Below are positions 39,780 to 52,672 of a stretch of DNA of 64,000 nt, in pieces. Below the pieces are notes generated by a model. It made no database searches and was not told the DNA's origin. It saw only the letters and a program-made list of their open reading frames with translations. The translations under genes and the position numbers were made by a program. Location of the stretch: contig NIVC01000729.1 in NCBI GenBank assembly GCA_002269645.1, forward strand, positions 138,095 through 202,094, written 5' to 3'. The first letter of the stretch is position 1; the number at the start of each line of letters is the position of its first letter. The DNA comes from Macrostomum lignano. Taxonomy: Eukaryota.

Positions 39780-39791
39780 ACGCAGACAGGC

Positions 39792-39824
<33 letters not shown>

Positions 39825-39834
39825 GGCAGCCAGG

Positions 39835-39880
<46 letters not shown>

Positions 39881-39931
39881 GGCAGGTAGGCAGACAAACA
39901 GACAGACAGACAGACAGATAGGCAGACAGGC

Positions 39932-39978
<47 letters not shown>

Positions 39979-39979
39979 T

Positions 39980-40012
<33 letters not shown>

Positions 40013-40013
40013 T

Positions 40014-40092
<79 letters not shown>

Positions 40093-40123
40093 TACAGACA
40101 GGCAGACAGACAGACAGACAGAT

Positions 40124-40154
<31 letters not shown>

Positions 40155-40241
40155 GGCAGGCAGACAGACAGGCAGACAGACAGGCAGACACGCAGGCAGG
40201 CAGACAGACAGACAGACAGACAGACAGATAGGCAGACAGGC

Positions 40242-40310
<69 letters not shown>

Positions 40311-40395
40311 TACAGACAGGCAGACAGACAGACAGACAGACAGATACAGACAGACAGACAGACAGACGAGTAGGCAGAAAGGCAGACAGGCAGAC
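39780..40395. repeat. (CAGA)n microsatellite
   Basis: Direct inspection. Confidence 0.95.
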
Positions 40396-40696
40396 AGAGG
40401 CAACCAGATAAAAAAACTTGATGCGTAAGATTCAAAGATACTAGGGTTATCAGACACTAAGACACTGGCATACCTAGGCAATTTAGAACACTATAAGATA
40501 CTAAAAGTACTAACACTCTTTAAACAGTTAGACACTGAGACGGGCATGCCGACTTCAGAAGATTAAGCACTGTTGTACACCCCTCCAATCATCCCATACC
40601 AAGAGCGCACCTGCAATGCGGCTTCTCTTGCGCATTCAAACAGTCAGTTATTGCGGCTATCAATTTCTTGTCTTCTGTTATCAAGATTGTTCAACG

Positions 40697-40740
<44 letters not shown>

Positions 40741-41736
40741 ATCCGAGTTTTCGCCATTAATGTCGATTTCATTACATTGGTTTTGACTAATTTCTTTCGA
40801 TAACAACAGCCGCGGCTGTAGGGGGGCATTGAAGGTAAGACGCACAAAGGCTGGCTAGTGTTGGGAAATATATCCTCACCCCCCATAATTGGCTATAGCG
40901 AAAGTTTTTGGCTCAGCTTTGTCTGCCACAAGCGGGAGGAGATAAGATCTTAACTGGCCCGGCATTCAGGCTGGGGTAAGTCAGGTTTAGTTAGGCTAAC
41001 GGATATCCCCTAACTGCGGTATGCTTTAATTGACACAAGCGGCCTTGTTCTCGGCTTGAACAGTGTGTAAATAACAGGCAGTTGCGTATTTATTACCCGG
41101 CTTTGCCTATTTTAAGCTTTTGGGGGGAAATTCGCATTTTTGGCACCTTGGTTTCTTGTTTTTAATTAGGACTTCGTCTAACGCCACACTTCCAGGGAAG
41201 AAAAAAACGATTGCACAAATTAGCCAGCCATCACTTGACTGACTGACTGAGGTACCGCCCCATCCCCTAAGCTGCAAAGACAATATATTATTCTTAGTTG
41301 GAGTTGTAATCTTAATGGTTATCTAGCTATTGTGTTTTACAGTCTTGGTTACTTGGCCCGTGAAGCTAATAATTCATGGACAACTAAATTCGAATATGGA
41401 CGAATATCAGTTGCAGCCGACTTTAGTTGCCAAACACATTAGCAAAAAAGCGTTTCTTAGTGCTACAGGTAAATTGACCAGCAAGAAAGCAAAAGTTAGT
41501 GTATACTTTTCTATACGGTTTTTTCTCCATCGAGATTGTCTATGGTGAAGCCTCTTTAACACCGAAAAAAGTCTGCAACATCCGTCACAGAGAACACAAT
41601 CATTGTATTTGACGCGTCGCAAGAATCTCGACCTCATGCAAAAGACACATCTGCTCCATTGACTTGTAATACTTCAACTTCAACTTCAGAAATCAAATCA
41701 AAAACCCCTAAAAGTGAAAGTTAGAAAAGAAACAAA

Positions 41737-43059
41737 ATGTCTTCATCAACGAACAGCGTCACTCTGGTACACTCTGCTAGCCAGCTGGTCCAGGTGGTTG
41801 CCGACGGTCGAACTCGACTAAGAGGCTCGGAGATGCGCCATCCAGTGGTACATGGCGAGCCCGGAATAAATTACGCCCTGGCATTCGACATGGCCTCAGG
41901 TCGCATTGTCGACCTCGGCCCCACAGCGGCAGTTGAGACGCGCCTACAGGCCAGCGGCTGCACCGTCCAGACCCGGGTTGACGCCACCGATTGCGTCATC
42001 ATGCCGGGCTTCGTTGACGCGCACACGCACCCGATCTGGGCCGGCGACCGAGTGCACGAGTTCGCCATGAAACTGGCCGGCGCCACCTACATGGACATCC
42101 ACGCGGCTGGCGGTGGAATCCACTTCACGGTGCGCGAAACCGCCCGGGCCACCGATCGGGAGCTGGCTGACCTGCTGAGCAGTCGCCTGGCTTCAATGAG
42201 TCGCCATGGCACCACCCTGGCCGAAGTGAAGTCCGGCTACGGCCTCACGCTCGATGCCGAGCTGCGGCTGCTGCAGCTGCTGTGCGACGCCGCTGCAGAT
42301 CCGCTCTGCCCGGTGCGGCTCTCCGTCACCTACCTGGCCGGCCACGCCGTACCACCGGGTCGCGACTCTGCTGAGTTCGCAGCCGAGGTGGCCTCGGAGC
42401 ACGTGCCCCGCGTCCTGGCTGAGCGGAAGATCTCTGGCCGACTGTCCGCTGTCCGACAGATTGACGTCTTCTGCGAGCGCGGCGTGCTCAACGCAGCTGA
42501 GTCGGCTCGGATTCTCGAGGCTGCTCTGCCCGATCTGCGCGGCAACGTCCACGCGGATGAGCTCAGCGATCAGGACGGCGCGGCGATGGCTTGCCGGTCC
42601 GGCGCAGCGGCCGCCTCGCACCTGGAGTTCGTCTCTGTGTCCGGCATCTCAGCGATGGCCTCGAACGACTGCGGCCCCGTAGCGGTGCTGCTGCCGACCA
42701 CGGCTCGCCTGTTGCACCTGCCGGCTCCGCCGGCTCGTCGGATGATCGACAGCGGCTGCGCTGTGGGCCTCGGCAGCGACTTCAACCCGAACGCGCACTG
42801 CCTGAGCATGCCGCTGATTGGCCACATGGCCTGCGTGGACTTCGGCCTCAGCATGGAGGAAGCCCTGGCCGCCTGCACAATCAACGGTGCAGCGGCGCTG
42901 GGCCTGTCGGACCAGACAGGCAGCCTGGAGGTTGGCAAACTGGCCGACTTTGTTCTGCTGCGGGCGCCCCGGTGGGAGCACGCGTTCTACCAGGTGGGCG
43001 ACTCTGACAGTCTGGTGAAGCTGGTGTGCTGCGGCGGACGGTTGGTGAAGAAGGGCTGA
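41737..43059 (+). CDS. AMDHD1: Imidazolonepropionase (amidohydrolase domain-containing 1, histidine catabolism), 440 aa, single exon
   Basis: Animal-type AMDHD1/HutI motifs: MPGFVDAHTHPIWAGDRVHEFAMKLAGATYMDIHAAGGGIHFTV, EVKSGYG, IDVFCERG, VHADEL, LGSDFNPNA, TINGAAALG, GSLEVGKLAD, RWEH..YQ. Metal-ligand motifs HxH, H(ADEL) and D(FNP) are intact. Confidence 0.95.
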   Translation: MSSSTNSVTLVHSASQLVQVVADGRTRLRGSEMRHPVVHGEPGINYALAFDMASGRIVDLGPTAAVETRLQASGCTVQTRVDATDCVIMPGFVDAHTHPIWAGDRVHEFAMKLAGATYMDIHAAGGGIHFTVRETARATDRELADLLSSRLASMSRHGTTLAEVKSGYGLTLDAELRLLQLLCDAAADPLCPVRLSVTYLAGHAVPPGRDSAEFAAEVASEHVPRVLAERKISGRLSAVRQIDVFCERGVLNAAESARILEAALPDLRGNVHADELSDQDGAAMACRSGAAAASHLEFVSVSGISAMASNDCGPVAVLLPTTARLLHLPAPPARRMIDSGCAVGLGSDFNPNAHCLSMPLIGHMACVDFGLSMEEALAACTINGAAALGLSDQTGSLEVGKLADFVLLRAPRWEHAFYQVGDSDSLVKLVCCGGRLVKKG

Positions 43060-43454
43060 GCATTGTTGGCTACCGATATGTTGTGTAAAATACATTTCGT
43101 ATTTAAAACTTCAAGCCCTATCAGCAGGATGGAAATAATTATTGTTTCCTTACATTTAGTGACTACCGATATGTATTGTAGTTAATTTTAATCTCTACTC
43201 GGAATCAGGTTTTCTCTTCAGATTTTTCTCGTTTAATTTTTTAGTTTCTCAGTTGCAATATTTCGTATTATTGTTTTTCCTCAATTTTGTAGTTTTATGC
43301 AGTCTTCGCTCATTAATATTTTTTGATCATTTTTATTTCTGAGTGACATAATGACGGACATTATTTTTTAGGATGTAAATGGTTTCCATTGGATGTTATA
43401 AGAGGCATTGAGGGATGTCAGAAGGTTTTATTTGTGTCAGTTTATAGTTGGGAT

Positions 43455-44810
43455 GCCAAAAGAGGTCAAATGGCACACAGATGATGTCAAATGGCACACA
43501 GAGGAGGTCAAATGACACACAGATGATGTCAAATGACACACAGATGATGTCAAATGACACACAGATGATGTCAAATGGCACACAGATGATGTCAAATGAC
43601 ACACAGATGATGTCAAATGGCACACAGAGGAGGTCAAATGGCACACAGATAATGTCAAATGGCACACAGAGGAGGTCAAATGGCACACAGATGATGTCAA
43701 ATGGCACACAGAGGAGGTCAAATGGCACACAGATAATGTCAAATGGTACACAGAGGAGGTCAAATGGCACACAGATGATGTCAAATGGCACACAGATGAT
43801 GTCAAATGGCACACAGATGATGTCAAATGGCACACAGATGATGTCAAATGGCACACAGAGGAGGTCAAATGGCACACAGATGATGTCAAATGGCACACAG
43901 ATGATGTCAAATGGCACACAGATGATGTCAAATGGCACACAGAGGAGGTCAAATGGCACACAGATGATGTCAAATGGCACACAGATGATGTCAAATGGCA
44001 CACAGATGATGTCAAATGGCACACAGAGGAGGTCAAATGGCACACAGATGATGTCAAATGGCACACAGAGGAGGTCAAATGGCACACAGATGATGTCAAA
44101 TGGCACACAGATGATGTCAAATGGCACACAGATGATGTCAAATGGCACACACAGGATGTCAAATGGCACACACAGGATGTCAAATGGCACACACAGGATG
44201 TCAAATGGCACACACAGGATGTCAAATGCCACCAGAGGATGTCAAATGGCACACAGATGATGTCAAATGGCACACAGGATGTCAAATGGCACACAGAGGA
44301 TGTCAAATGGCACACAGAGGATGTCAAATGGCACACAGAGGATGTCAAATGGCACTAGAGGATTGTCAAATGGCACACAGAGGATGTAAAATGGCACACA
44401 GGATGTCAAATGGCACACAGAGGATGCCAAATGCCACTAGAGGATTGTCAAATGGCACAGAGGATGTCAAATGGCACACAGAGGATGTAAAATGTCACAC
44501 AGGATGTCAAATGGCACACAGAGGATGTCAAATGGCACACAGAGGATGTCAAATGGCACACAGAGGATGTCAAATGGCACACAGAGGATGTCAAATGGCA
44601 CTAGAGGATTGTCAAATGGCACACAGAGGATGTCAAATGGCACACAGAGGATGCCAAATGCCACTAGAGGATTGTCAAATGGCACAGAGGATGTCAAATG
44701 GCACACAGAGGATGTAAAATGGCACACAGGATGTCAAATGGCACACAGAGGATGTCAAATGGCACACAGAGGATGTCAAATGGCACACAGATGATGTCAA
44801 ATGGCACCAA
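43455..44810. repeat. About 21-bp minisatellite
   Basis: Unit gtcaaatggcacacagaggat / gatgat. Confidence 0.95.
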
Positions 44811-45781
44811 GAGGTCAGTCATTAGGCGTCAGAGGATGCCAGGGTCACTGGCAGGTCAGCGGATGCTTAGAATTACGCCAAGGTGCTTAACTCGAACAGC
44901 CACTCAGCCTGATCCCAATAATCCCTCGCTGCATTGCACACCCAATTTCCCTCACAAAGATGCAAAAAAGCGCACCGTAATTCCACATGCTGGAACCATG
45001 GGAAGGGTCAGTGAGCGAGGGAAGGAAGGGCGGCCATCCCACACACAGAGGGAATGCAAGCCCACAAAAGGGGGTTTGCTGGTAAAGTTATTTTAACAAG
45101 CCCCGCTCCAGTAACTCCCCTGTAGAGACATCCGTGGCCCTTCCAATATTCGGACACACCTTAACAACAAGTTGCCTCTTTCTGCTTAGTTTATAATGGG
45201 AAGAAACCGCGGTGTTTATCCCACAGGAAATCCATTACTTTTAGTGTCTTCCATTACGCTTCGTTTGACACGGAAAGCAAGAGGCTTGCAGTCGGTGCAG
45301 TCGCTATGTAGCGTGTGCAATCTTTTCATAATAAATATTCCGTTAACTGGTTTTACCGACTGTAATGCGTTCGAGTTTTGTTAATCTGTGACTTTGTAAT
45401 TTTACATGCTTTTATTCTCTTTTTCAATTGGTGCTGTTGCTTTTATGGGCAAGGTTTTCTGCTAATTTTATCGGCTAATATACTAAATTGGACTTAGCAC
45501 TATAGTTGAAATGTGCACTTCTGCTTGTGCAATGCAGTTTATTATATTGATGTTCAGACTCATAATATCTTGGAGCATCAACTAAAATACAAACTGCCAC
45601 ACTGTGTAGTGTTTCTTTATTTAAATAGCGTATCTAAGAATCCGAGAATTCTTTTTAAGACTGCCAATCATTTTACCAATGTGGTTACTTTCGTCTATGG
45701 CTAAAACACTGCTCATGGTCTGGGGCACAGGCACAGCCAGAGCATTGAGTTTGACACAGAGCATTTAAAGGGCCTGTCAAC

Positions 45782-46100
45782 TTAAGCTCATAAAGTGGAG
45801 ACTGAGTAATCTAATACGTCATTCCACTCACAGTAGCAATAGGAAGCTGGATTTGGCTAAAAAGTGACCATGGACCATGAGATAGAAGTGAACAAGCAAG
45901 GGAATAATTAGGGACTTCATCTTATGAGCTTACATGTAAGTTTATATAATAGTCCCTAATTATCATTTTGCTTGTTCTTTCCTATCACAGGTCCAATTTT
46001 TGTCGCCTTTTTGCCAAATCCAGCTTCCTGGTGTCGCTGTAAGCAGAATGACGTATTGTTTGTGTACATAGGTTACTCTGGCTCCACTTTATGAGCTTAA
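45782..46100. mobile_element. Palindromic MITE of about 320 bp flanked by TTAA (or TA) target-site-like duplication
   Basis: It starts ttaagctcataaagtggag and ends ctccactttatgagcttaa. The roughly 140-nt arms are reverse-complementary (aggaagctggatttggc / gccaaatccagcttcct; aataattagggact / agtccctaattat). Confidence 0.8.
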
Positions 46101-46880
46101 TCGCTGTGCAAATGAAGCTGGAGACTCCTACCAGATGAAATCAATCTACTTAAGGATTGGCGTTCCATGGTACTGCAGAGAATTGCGCGGAGTCGCCGGT
46201 GTGGATATCCAACCCCCGCTAGCTCTGGAAGTATCTCAATGGTCTTGATGACCGAATTCTCAAGTCAGCTGCTCCGCAGACCCCCATTTTGGGCCATAGA
46301 CAATGAAAAAGCAAATCTTTCATTTAGCTTGACTTCTCCCGCTAAGGATTGAATAGCGTAAGTTGGCTTGGAAATTGCAGTAATATGAAAAACCCAGGTG
46401 ATGATGAGGAGACTGCAAGGCGACATGCCACACAGACAGCGGAGCCAATGACAGACTCCGTAGCCCCAAAGTCACCATAGGAATCCAGCGAATGGATCCA
46501 CCAGCCAATGGTGAAGCAGTGTTCAACCAGCAGCTTCAACGCATGGCTGATTGGAAAGACGCGCCATACTTATTATAGATAGGAACCAGAAGATTGAATG
46601 GTGGAGTCAGGACTAAACCGGTAGGCAAAGGGTACTTCAGCGTTATCGCGGCGCGTTTCTGATAACACAAGAGAGCCAAAGCAGCAGAGCGATCTGTTTA
46701 AATCCGTCTATCTGACCTGTCCGTGCTGTGACCCCCCAATTTTATCAGCTTGCCCCAACAACTACTGCGGCGCTTTGCTATCTGTGAGGCCGCTTCCTCT
46801 ATCAATCTATAATCCATCTCTTACCCAGTCAAGCCCTCTCTCTTTTTCTCTCTCTCTCTTCCGGTATAATATCCGCCACA

Positions 46881-49800
46881 ATGGCATCCGCTTATTATCA
46901 TCCTTGGTCAACTCGAATCGGCAGCCGCGACTATCCCCAGCAGCAACAGCAGCAGAGTTTTCAACGTCCGACCGATGGCTCTGAGAGTTCCTCGGGTGCT
47001 GCAACAGTGGCAACTAACGATCCATATGCTGGTTATCGAGCTGGTGAGTTCAAAAAGAGGCCTTATAAATTTGGCTTGAACCTGAATCCTAGTTTACTGA
47101 CACCTGAATCCTTAGTTTACTGACACCTGAATCCCAGTTTACTGACACTTGAATCCTTAGTTTACTGACACCTGAATCCTTAGTTTACTGACACCTGAAT
47201 CCCAGTTTACTGACACCTGAATCCCAGTTTACTGACACCTAGCTGAATCCCAGTTTTCTGACACCTGAATCCCAGTTTAGTGACACCTGAATCCCTGTTT
47301 ACTGACACCTGAATCCTTAGTTTACTGACACCTGAATTTTTAGTTTACTGACACCTGAATCCCAGTTTACTGACACCTGAATCCTTAGTTTACTGACACC
47401 TGAATCCCAATTTACTGGCACCTGAATCCCAGTTTACTGACACCTGAATCCTTAGTTTACTGACACCTGAATCCTTAGTTTACTGACACCTGAATCCCAG
47501 TTTACTGACACCTGCCTGAATCCCAGTTTACTGACACCTGAATCCTTAGTTTACTGACACCTGAATCCTTAGTTTACTGACACCTGAATCCCAGTTTACT
47601 GACACCTACCTGAATCTCAGTTTACTGACACCTGAATCCCAGTTTACTGACACCTGAATCCCAGTTTACTGACACCTGAATCCCAGTTTACTGACACCTG
47701 AATCCCAGTTTACTGACACCTGAATCCTTAGTTTACTGACACCTGAATTTTTAGTTTACTGACACCTGTATCTCAGTTTACTGACACCTACCTGAATCTC
47801 AGTTTACTGACACCTGAATCCCAGTTTACTGACACCTGAATCCCAGTTTACTGACACCTGAATCCCAGTTTACTGACACCTGAATCCTTAGTTTACTGAC
47901 ACTTGAATCCTTAGTTTACTGACACTTGAATCCTTAGTTTACTGACACCTGAATCCTTAGTTTACTGACACCTGAATCCTTAGTTTACTGACACTTGAAT
48001 CCTTAGTTTACTGACACTTGAATCCTTAGTTTACTGACACCTGACTCCTTAGTTTACTGACACCTGACTCCTTAGTTTACTGACACCTGAATCCTTAGTT
48101 TACTGACACTTGAATCCTTAGTTTACTGACACTTGAATCCTTAGTTTACTGACACTTGAATCCTTAGTTTACTGACACCTGAATCCTTAGTTTACTGACA
48201 CTTGAATCCTTAGTTTACTGACACTTGAATCCTTAGTTTACTGACACCTGAATCCCAGTTTACTGACACCTGAATCCCAGTTTACTGACACCTGAATCCT
48301 TAGTTTACTGACACCTGACTCCTTAGTTTACTGACACCTGACTCCTTAGTTTACTGACACCTGACTCCTTAGTTTACTGACACCTGAATCCTTAGTTTAC
48401 TGACACCTGAATCCCAGTTTACTGACACCTGAATCCCAGTTTACTGACACCTGAATCCCAGTTTACTGACACCTGAATCCTAGTTTTTTATCATTGAAAC
48501 GGTCGTCCAGATCTCTGAAAAATCTCATCGAACAAAACCAGCAGGTCATCACGAGCAGCACCCAACATGGCCAAGCCATTGCGCGCTGCCCACAACTCCA
48601 GACTCAACCATCATGAACCAGCTTCATCAACATCAACAGCCCCAGCAACAGCATCATCAGCACTACCAGCTGCACCAGACTCCAACTGCAGTTCATCCGT
48701 ACCAGGCATGGACTGCAGGGGCCTACCAGCAGTGCGGGTCAACAGCCGTCTTCCCGCCCGACTGTGAGCTGCACAGACACCCATGTTTTGCAGTCTTTCT
48801 ATCTCTCACCATTCTATCTCTCACCATTCTATCTCTCACCATTCTATCTCTCACTATTCTATCTCTCACCATTCTATCTCTCACTATTCTATCTCTCACT
48901 ATTCTATCTCTCACTATTCTATCTCTCACCATTCTATCTCTCACTATTTTATCTCTCACCGTTTCTATCTCTCACCATTCTATCTCTCACTATTCTATCT
49001 CTCACCATTCTATCTCTCACCATTCTATCTCTCACCATTTCTATTTTTCTCACTCTCTCCATCTCTCTCCTACTACATTTCTCTACCTTTCTGTACTCTT
49101 CATAACCCCTTTAACATGAAAAACGTATCAAAGTTTCCACATCCTCAACACCGCAGGGTACAGCAGCATCTGCAGCCCAGCAGCAGGTCACCAGGTGGCT
49201 TCATCAACGAGTCACTGCTCCGCCACTGCTGCCGCTGCCGCCGTAGCGGCCGCAGCTGCTTCAACCAGACAACAACCAGAGTGCGCCTCTTGCGGCTCCC
49301 TGATCCCATTTCCCATGGCAACCGCCCAGAGACTGCGCTGTAGAGAGCAACAGCAACAGCGACTTCACCCAGACAGTCCTTCAACCAGCTCTGCTGAGCA
49401 CTTCCTCTGCTCCAACTGCTCACTGTACGCTGCTGGTGGCGGCGCTTCTCAACCAATGATGCAGTTTCCGCATCCTGTGCCTCATCAGCAGCATCAGCAG
49501 CAGCTATACCAGCAGCCTCATCATCAACCACAGCCACATCATCAGTTTCAATCCAGCCATATTCAACATTCAAAAGCGATTAAAATGGAGGCCCGTTCGA
49601 ACTCCAGCGCGACAACTGCGAATTTGCCTGGCAACCAAAATTCGAATCAGTCCACGAGGAGACACGTGAGTTGAGTTGATTTGCTGAAGAAATTCTCTGC
49701 CCAGGTGTCATCGGGGTAGTTCCACATTCATGTTAGTAGTGCTTTTCGAGCATGGACCGAAAAAAGCAGAAAAAGTTTGTCTCGATGCGTAAAAAAAGCA

Positions 49801-51544
49801 ATTTGTTTGAGGCTTCGAATTTTAACAGAATTTTCTGCAACGATTTTTCGTTTTTTGTTAAACATATCGCTTGATACGTGAGCCTTCGAAAAAGGTGCCA
49901 TTCTTGTATGAAGTTAACTCCTGAAAACAGCCTCTAAATTACCACTGTAAATGCCCCCTAACAATGTGTCTGTGTCAATGCCCTCAGACCAAAAATACCC
50001 TGTTTGAAAATACCTTTCTGAAAGCACCCCTCTGAAAATAGCTCTTAAGAAAATACCGCTTCTATAAATACCCATTTCTAAAAATACCCTAATGAAAAGA
50101 CCCTTCTGAAAATTCCCTTTCTGAAAATACTCCTAATGAACATACCTATAAAAATACCCCTTGAAAATGCCCCTTCTAAAAGTACCCCTTTCTAAAAAAA
50201 CCCGTTCTGAAAATACCACCTTCCTCAAATACCCCTTCTGAAAATACCCCTTCTGAAAATACCCATTCTGAAAATACCCATTTTGAAATTCCCCTTCTGA
50301 AAATACCCCTTCTAAAAATACCCCTTCTGAAAATACCCATTTCTGAAAATACCCTTCTGAAAATACCCATTTCTGAAAAAACCTTTCTACGAGCGTAAAA
50401 ATACCCCTTCTGAAAATACCCATTTCTAATAACACCTTTCTAAAAATACCCCTTCTGAAAATATCCCTTATGAAAATACCCATTTTGAAATTCCCCTTCT
50501 GAAAATACCCATTCTGAAAATACCCCTCTCTGAAAATACCCATTCTGAAAATACCCCTCTCTGAAAATACCCCTTCTGAAAATACCTCTTCTGAAAATAC
50601 CCCTTATGAAAATTCCATCTCCAGCTATCCAGGCGGGTCGGCACCGTGTGCTCAAACTGCCAGACAGCTCAATCAACTCTCTGGCGTCGCAGCCCCCACG
50701 GTCTCACCGTCTGCAACGCCTGCGGCCTTTACGAGAAGCTGCACGGGGTAAGCGGGCTGGGGACTCGTTGAGGGGATCGGAGAACTCTGATTTATGGGAA
50801 AATACCTCAAATTCACATCAACTCACACTATCGTCTTGCTTCATACAGACTCCTCGCCCAGCATCGCTAAAGAAAGACGTCATTCAGACCAGAAAGCGAA
50901 AGTCAAAGAAGGTCAAATCGATTGCCAAAACTAACGGATTAGTGACAGGTGAGAACATTGCCATGTGATTCCTTCACTGTTCAATCGCTTCATCCCTACT
51001 GGCTCAAACCCTTCCCTGCTCAAACCCTTCCCTGCTCAAACCCTTCCCTGCTCAAACCCTTCCCTGCTCAAACCCTTCCCTGCTCAAACCCTTCCCTGCT
51101 AAACCCTTCCCTGCTCAAACCCTTCCCTGCTCAAACCCTTCCCTGCTCAAACCCTTCCCTGCTTAAACCCTTCCCTGCTCAAACCCTTCACTGCTCAAAC
51201 CCTTCCCTGCTCAAACCCTTCACTGCTCAAACCCTTCCCTGCTCAAACCCTTCCCTGCTCCAACCCTTCCCTGCTCAAACTCTTCACTGCTCAAACCCTT
51301 CCCTGCTCAAACCCTTCCCTGCTCCAACCCTTCCCTGCTCAAACCCTTCCCTGCTCAAACCCTTCAACCCCTCTCTCACTCAACCCTCCTCCACTCAAAC
51401 CCTCCAAAAATCTCTCCAAAATTTGCAGAGCCAACAAAATCGTCTCCAACCCAGGCCGTTGGCTGCAGTTTCGCCCCGCCGATCCTGACGCCAAATGGTT
51501 TCTCCCCGGACTCAAAGCTCTTCCACACTGAGAAGTTTGCGTAA
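46881..51544 (+). CDS. GATA4/5/6: GATA4/5/6-class transcription factor, about 409 aa, 6 coding exons
   Basis: Exons 46881-47043, 48545-48763 (NAGNAG alternative start 48542), 49157-49665, 50625-50747, 50849-50948, 51429-51544 join in frame (1230 nt). The C-finger [41 protein letters not shown]|[21 protein letters not shown] has GATA456 hallmarks (RRVG, KLHG, PRP, IQTRKRK) and the classic intron after KLHG. AATAAA signals occur at about 51848 and 51901. An upstream exon cannot be excluded. Confidence 0.88.
47083..48485. repeat. 22-bp minisatellite filling GATA intron 1 (about 60 copies)
   Basis: Unit tgaatcccagtttactgacacc. Confidence 0.95.
48790..49050. repeat. 15-bp minisatellite in GATA intron 2
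   Basis: Unit attctatctctcacc. Confidence 0.9.
49995..50615. repeat. About 16-17 bp degenerate minisatellite in GATA intron 3
   Basis: ctgaaaatacccctt variants. Confidence 0.85.
51000..51400. repeat. 16-bp minisatellite in GATA intron 5
   Basis: Unit caaacccttccctgct. Confidence 0.9.
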
Positions 51545-52029
51545 CTGTCTCTTTAACTGCAGCTTGAACATGTGTGTTCTGTAACTATAATTTCGATACA
51601 TCGTGCATCACTGCTTTGTTGTCTTCTTCTACGCAATCTAATTTTACAAGCGTAAATAATTGGTTACTCATAAATCTTAACTGGGTTTTAATCAACCGAA
51701 CACGTCAGTGAATGAAATGTAACATAAATTTATTTTCCAAGTTTGTCTACTCGTGCTGATTATTGTGTCAAAGTCATTTTCTAATAGTCATACTAGTCTT
51801 GTAAATTATTTAACTAACTTTTTTCAAAGCGCATGCTTATGTATAAAAATAAAAATATATGTACCTGTATTTATCGCGCAGTTACCAACATGCACCCTGC
51901 AATAAATACTACTGTTTAATTGAGTAGCTCAGTGAGAAACTTTCAAGCCATTTTGTAACAACTTTACAATCTGATTTTACGCGCCGATGACCTGCGGATC
52001 CGTGAGAATAGCGGTAGGCCAGCAACTGG

Positions 52030-52672
52030 GAGTCTGAGAGGCTGGCCCAGCAACTGAGGATCTGGGAGGCTGGCCCAGCAACTGAGGATCTGGGAGGCTG
52101 GCCCAGTAACTGGGGATCTGGGAGGCTGGCCCAGCAACTGAGGATCTGGGAGGCTGGCCCAGCAACTGAGGATCTGGGAGGCTGGCCCAGTAACTGAGGA
52201 TCTGGGAGGCTGGCCCAGCAACTGAGGATCTGGGAGGCTGGCCCAGCAACTGAGGATCTGGGAGGCTGGCCCAGTAACTGAGGATCTGGGAGGCTGGCCC
52301 AGCAACTGAGGATCTGGGAGGCTGGCCCAGCAACTGAGGATCTGGGAGGCTGGCCCAGTAACTGAGGATCTGGGAGGCTGGCCCAGCAACTGAGGATCTG
52401 GGAGGCTGGCCCAGCAACTGAGGATCTGGGAGGCTGGCCCAGCAACTGAGGATCTGGGAGGCTGGCCCAGTAACTGAGGATCTGGGAGGCTGGCCCAGCA
52501 ACTGAGGATCTGGGAGGCTGGCCCAGCAACTGAGGATCTGGGAGGCTGGCCCAGCAACTGAGGATCTGGGAGGCTGGCCCAGCAACTGAGGATCTGGGAG
52601 GCTGGCCCAGCAACTGAGGATCTGGGAGGCTGGCCCAGCAACTGAGGATCTGGGAGGCTGGCCCAGCAACTG
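52030..52672. repeat. 28-bp minisatellite, about 23 copies
   Basis: Unit gaggatctgggaggctggcccagcaact. Confidence 0.95.

Noticed and set aside
41737-43059. Intronless GC-rich hutI-like ORF as bacterial contamination or horizontal transfer
   Set aside because: The sequence follows animal AMDHD1 (WAGDRVHEFAMKLAGATYM, RWEH..YQ), its codon style matches neighbouring host exons, and no hut operon genes are adjacent.
37300-46800. Scattered AGATAA/TAATTA words as a GATA autoregulatory enhancer
   Set aside because: Short words occur at about chance frequency in AT-rich DNA, with no clustering or conservation data.
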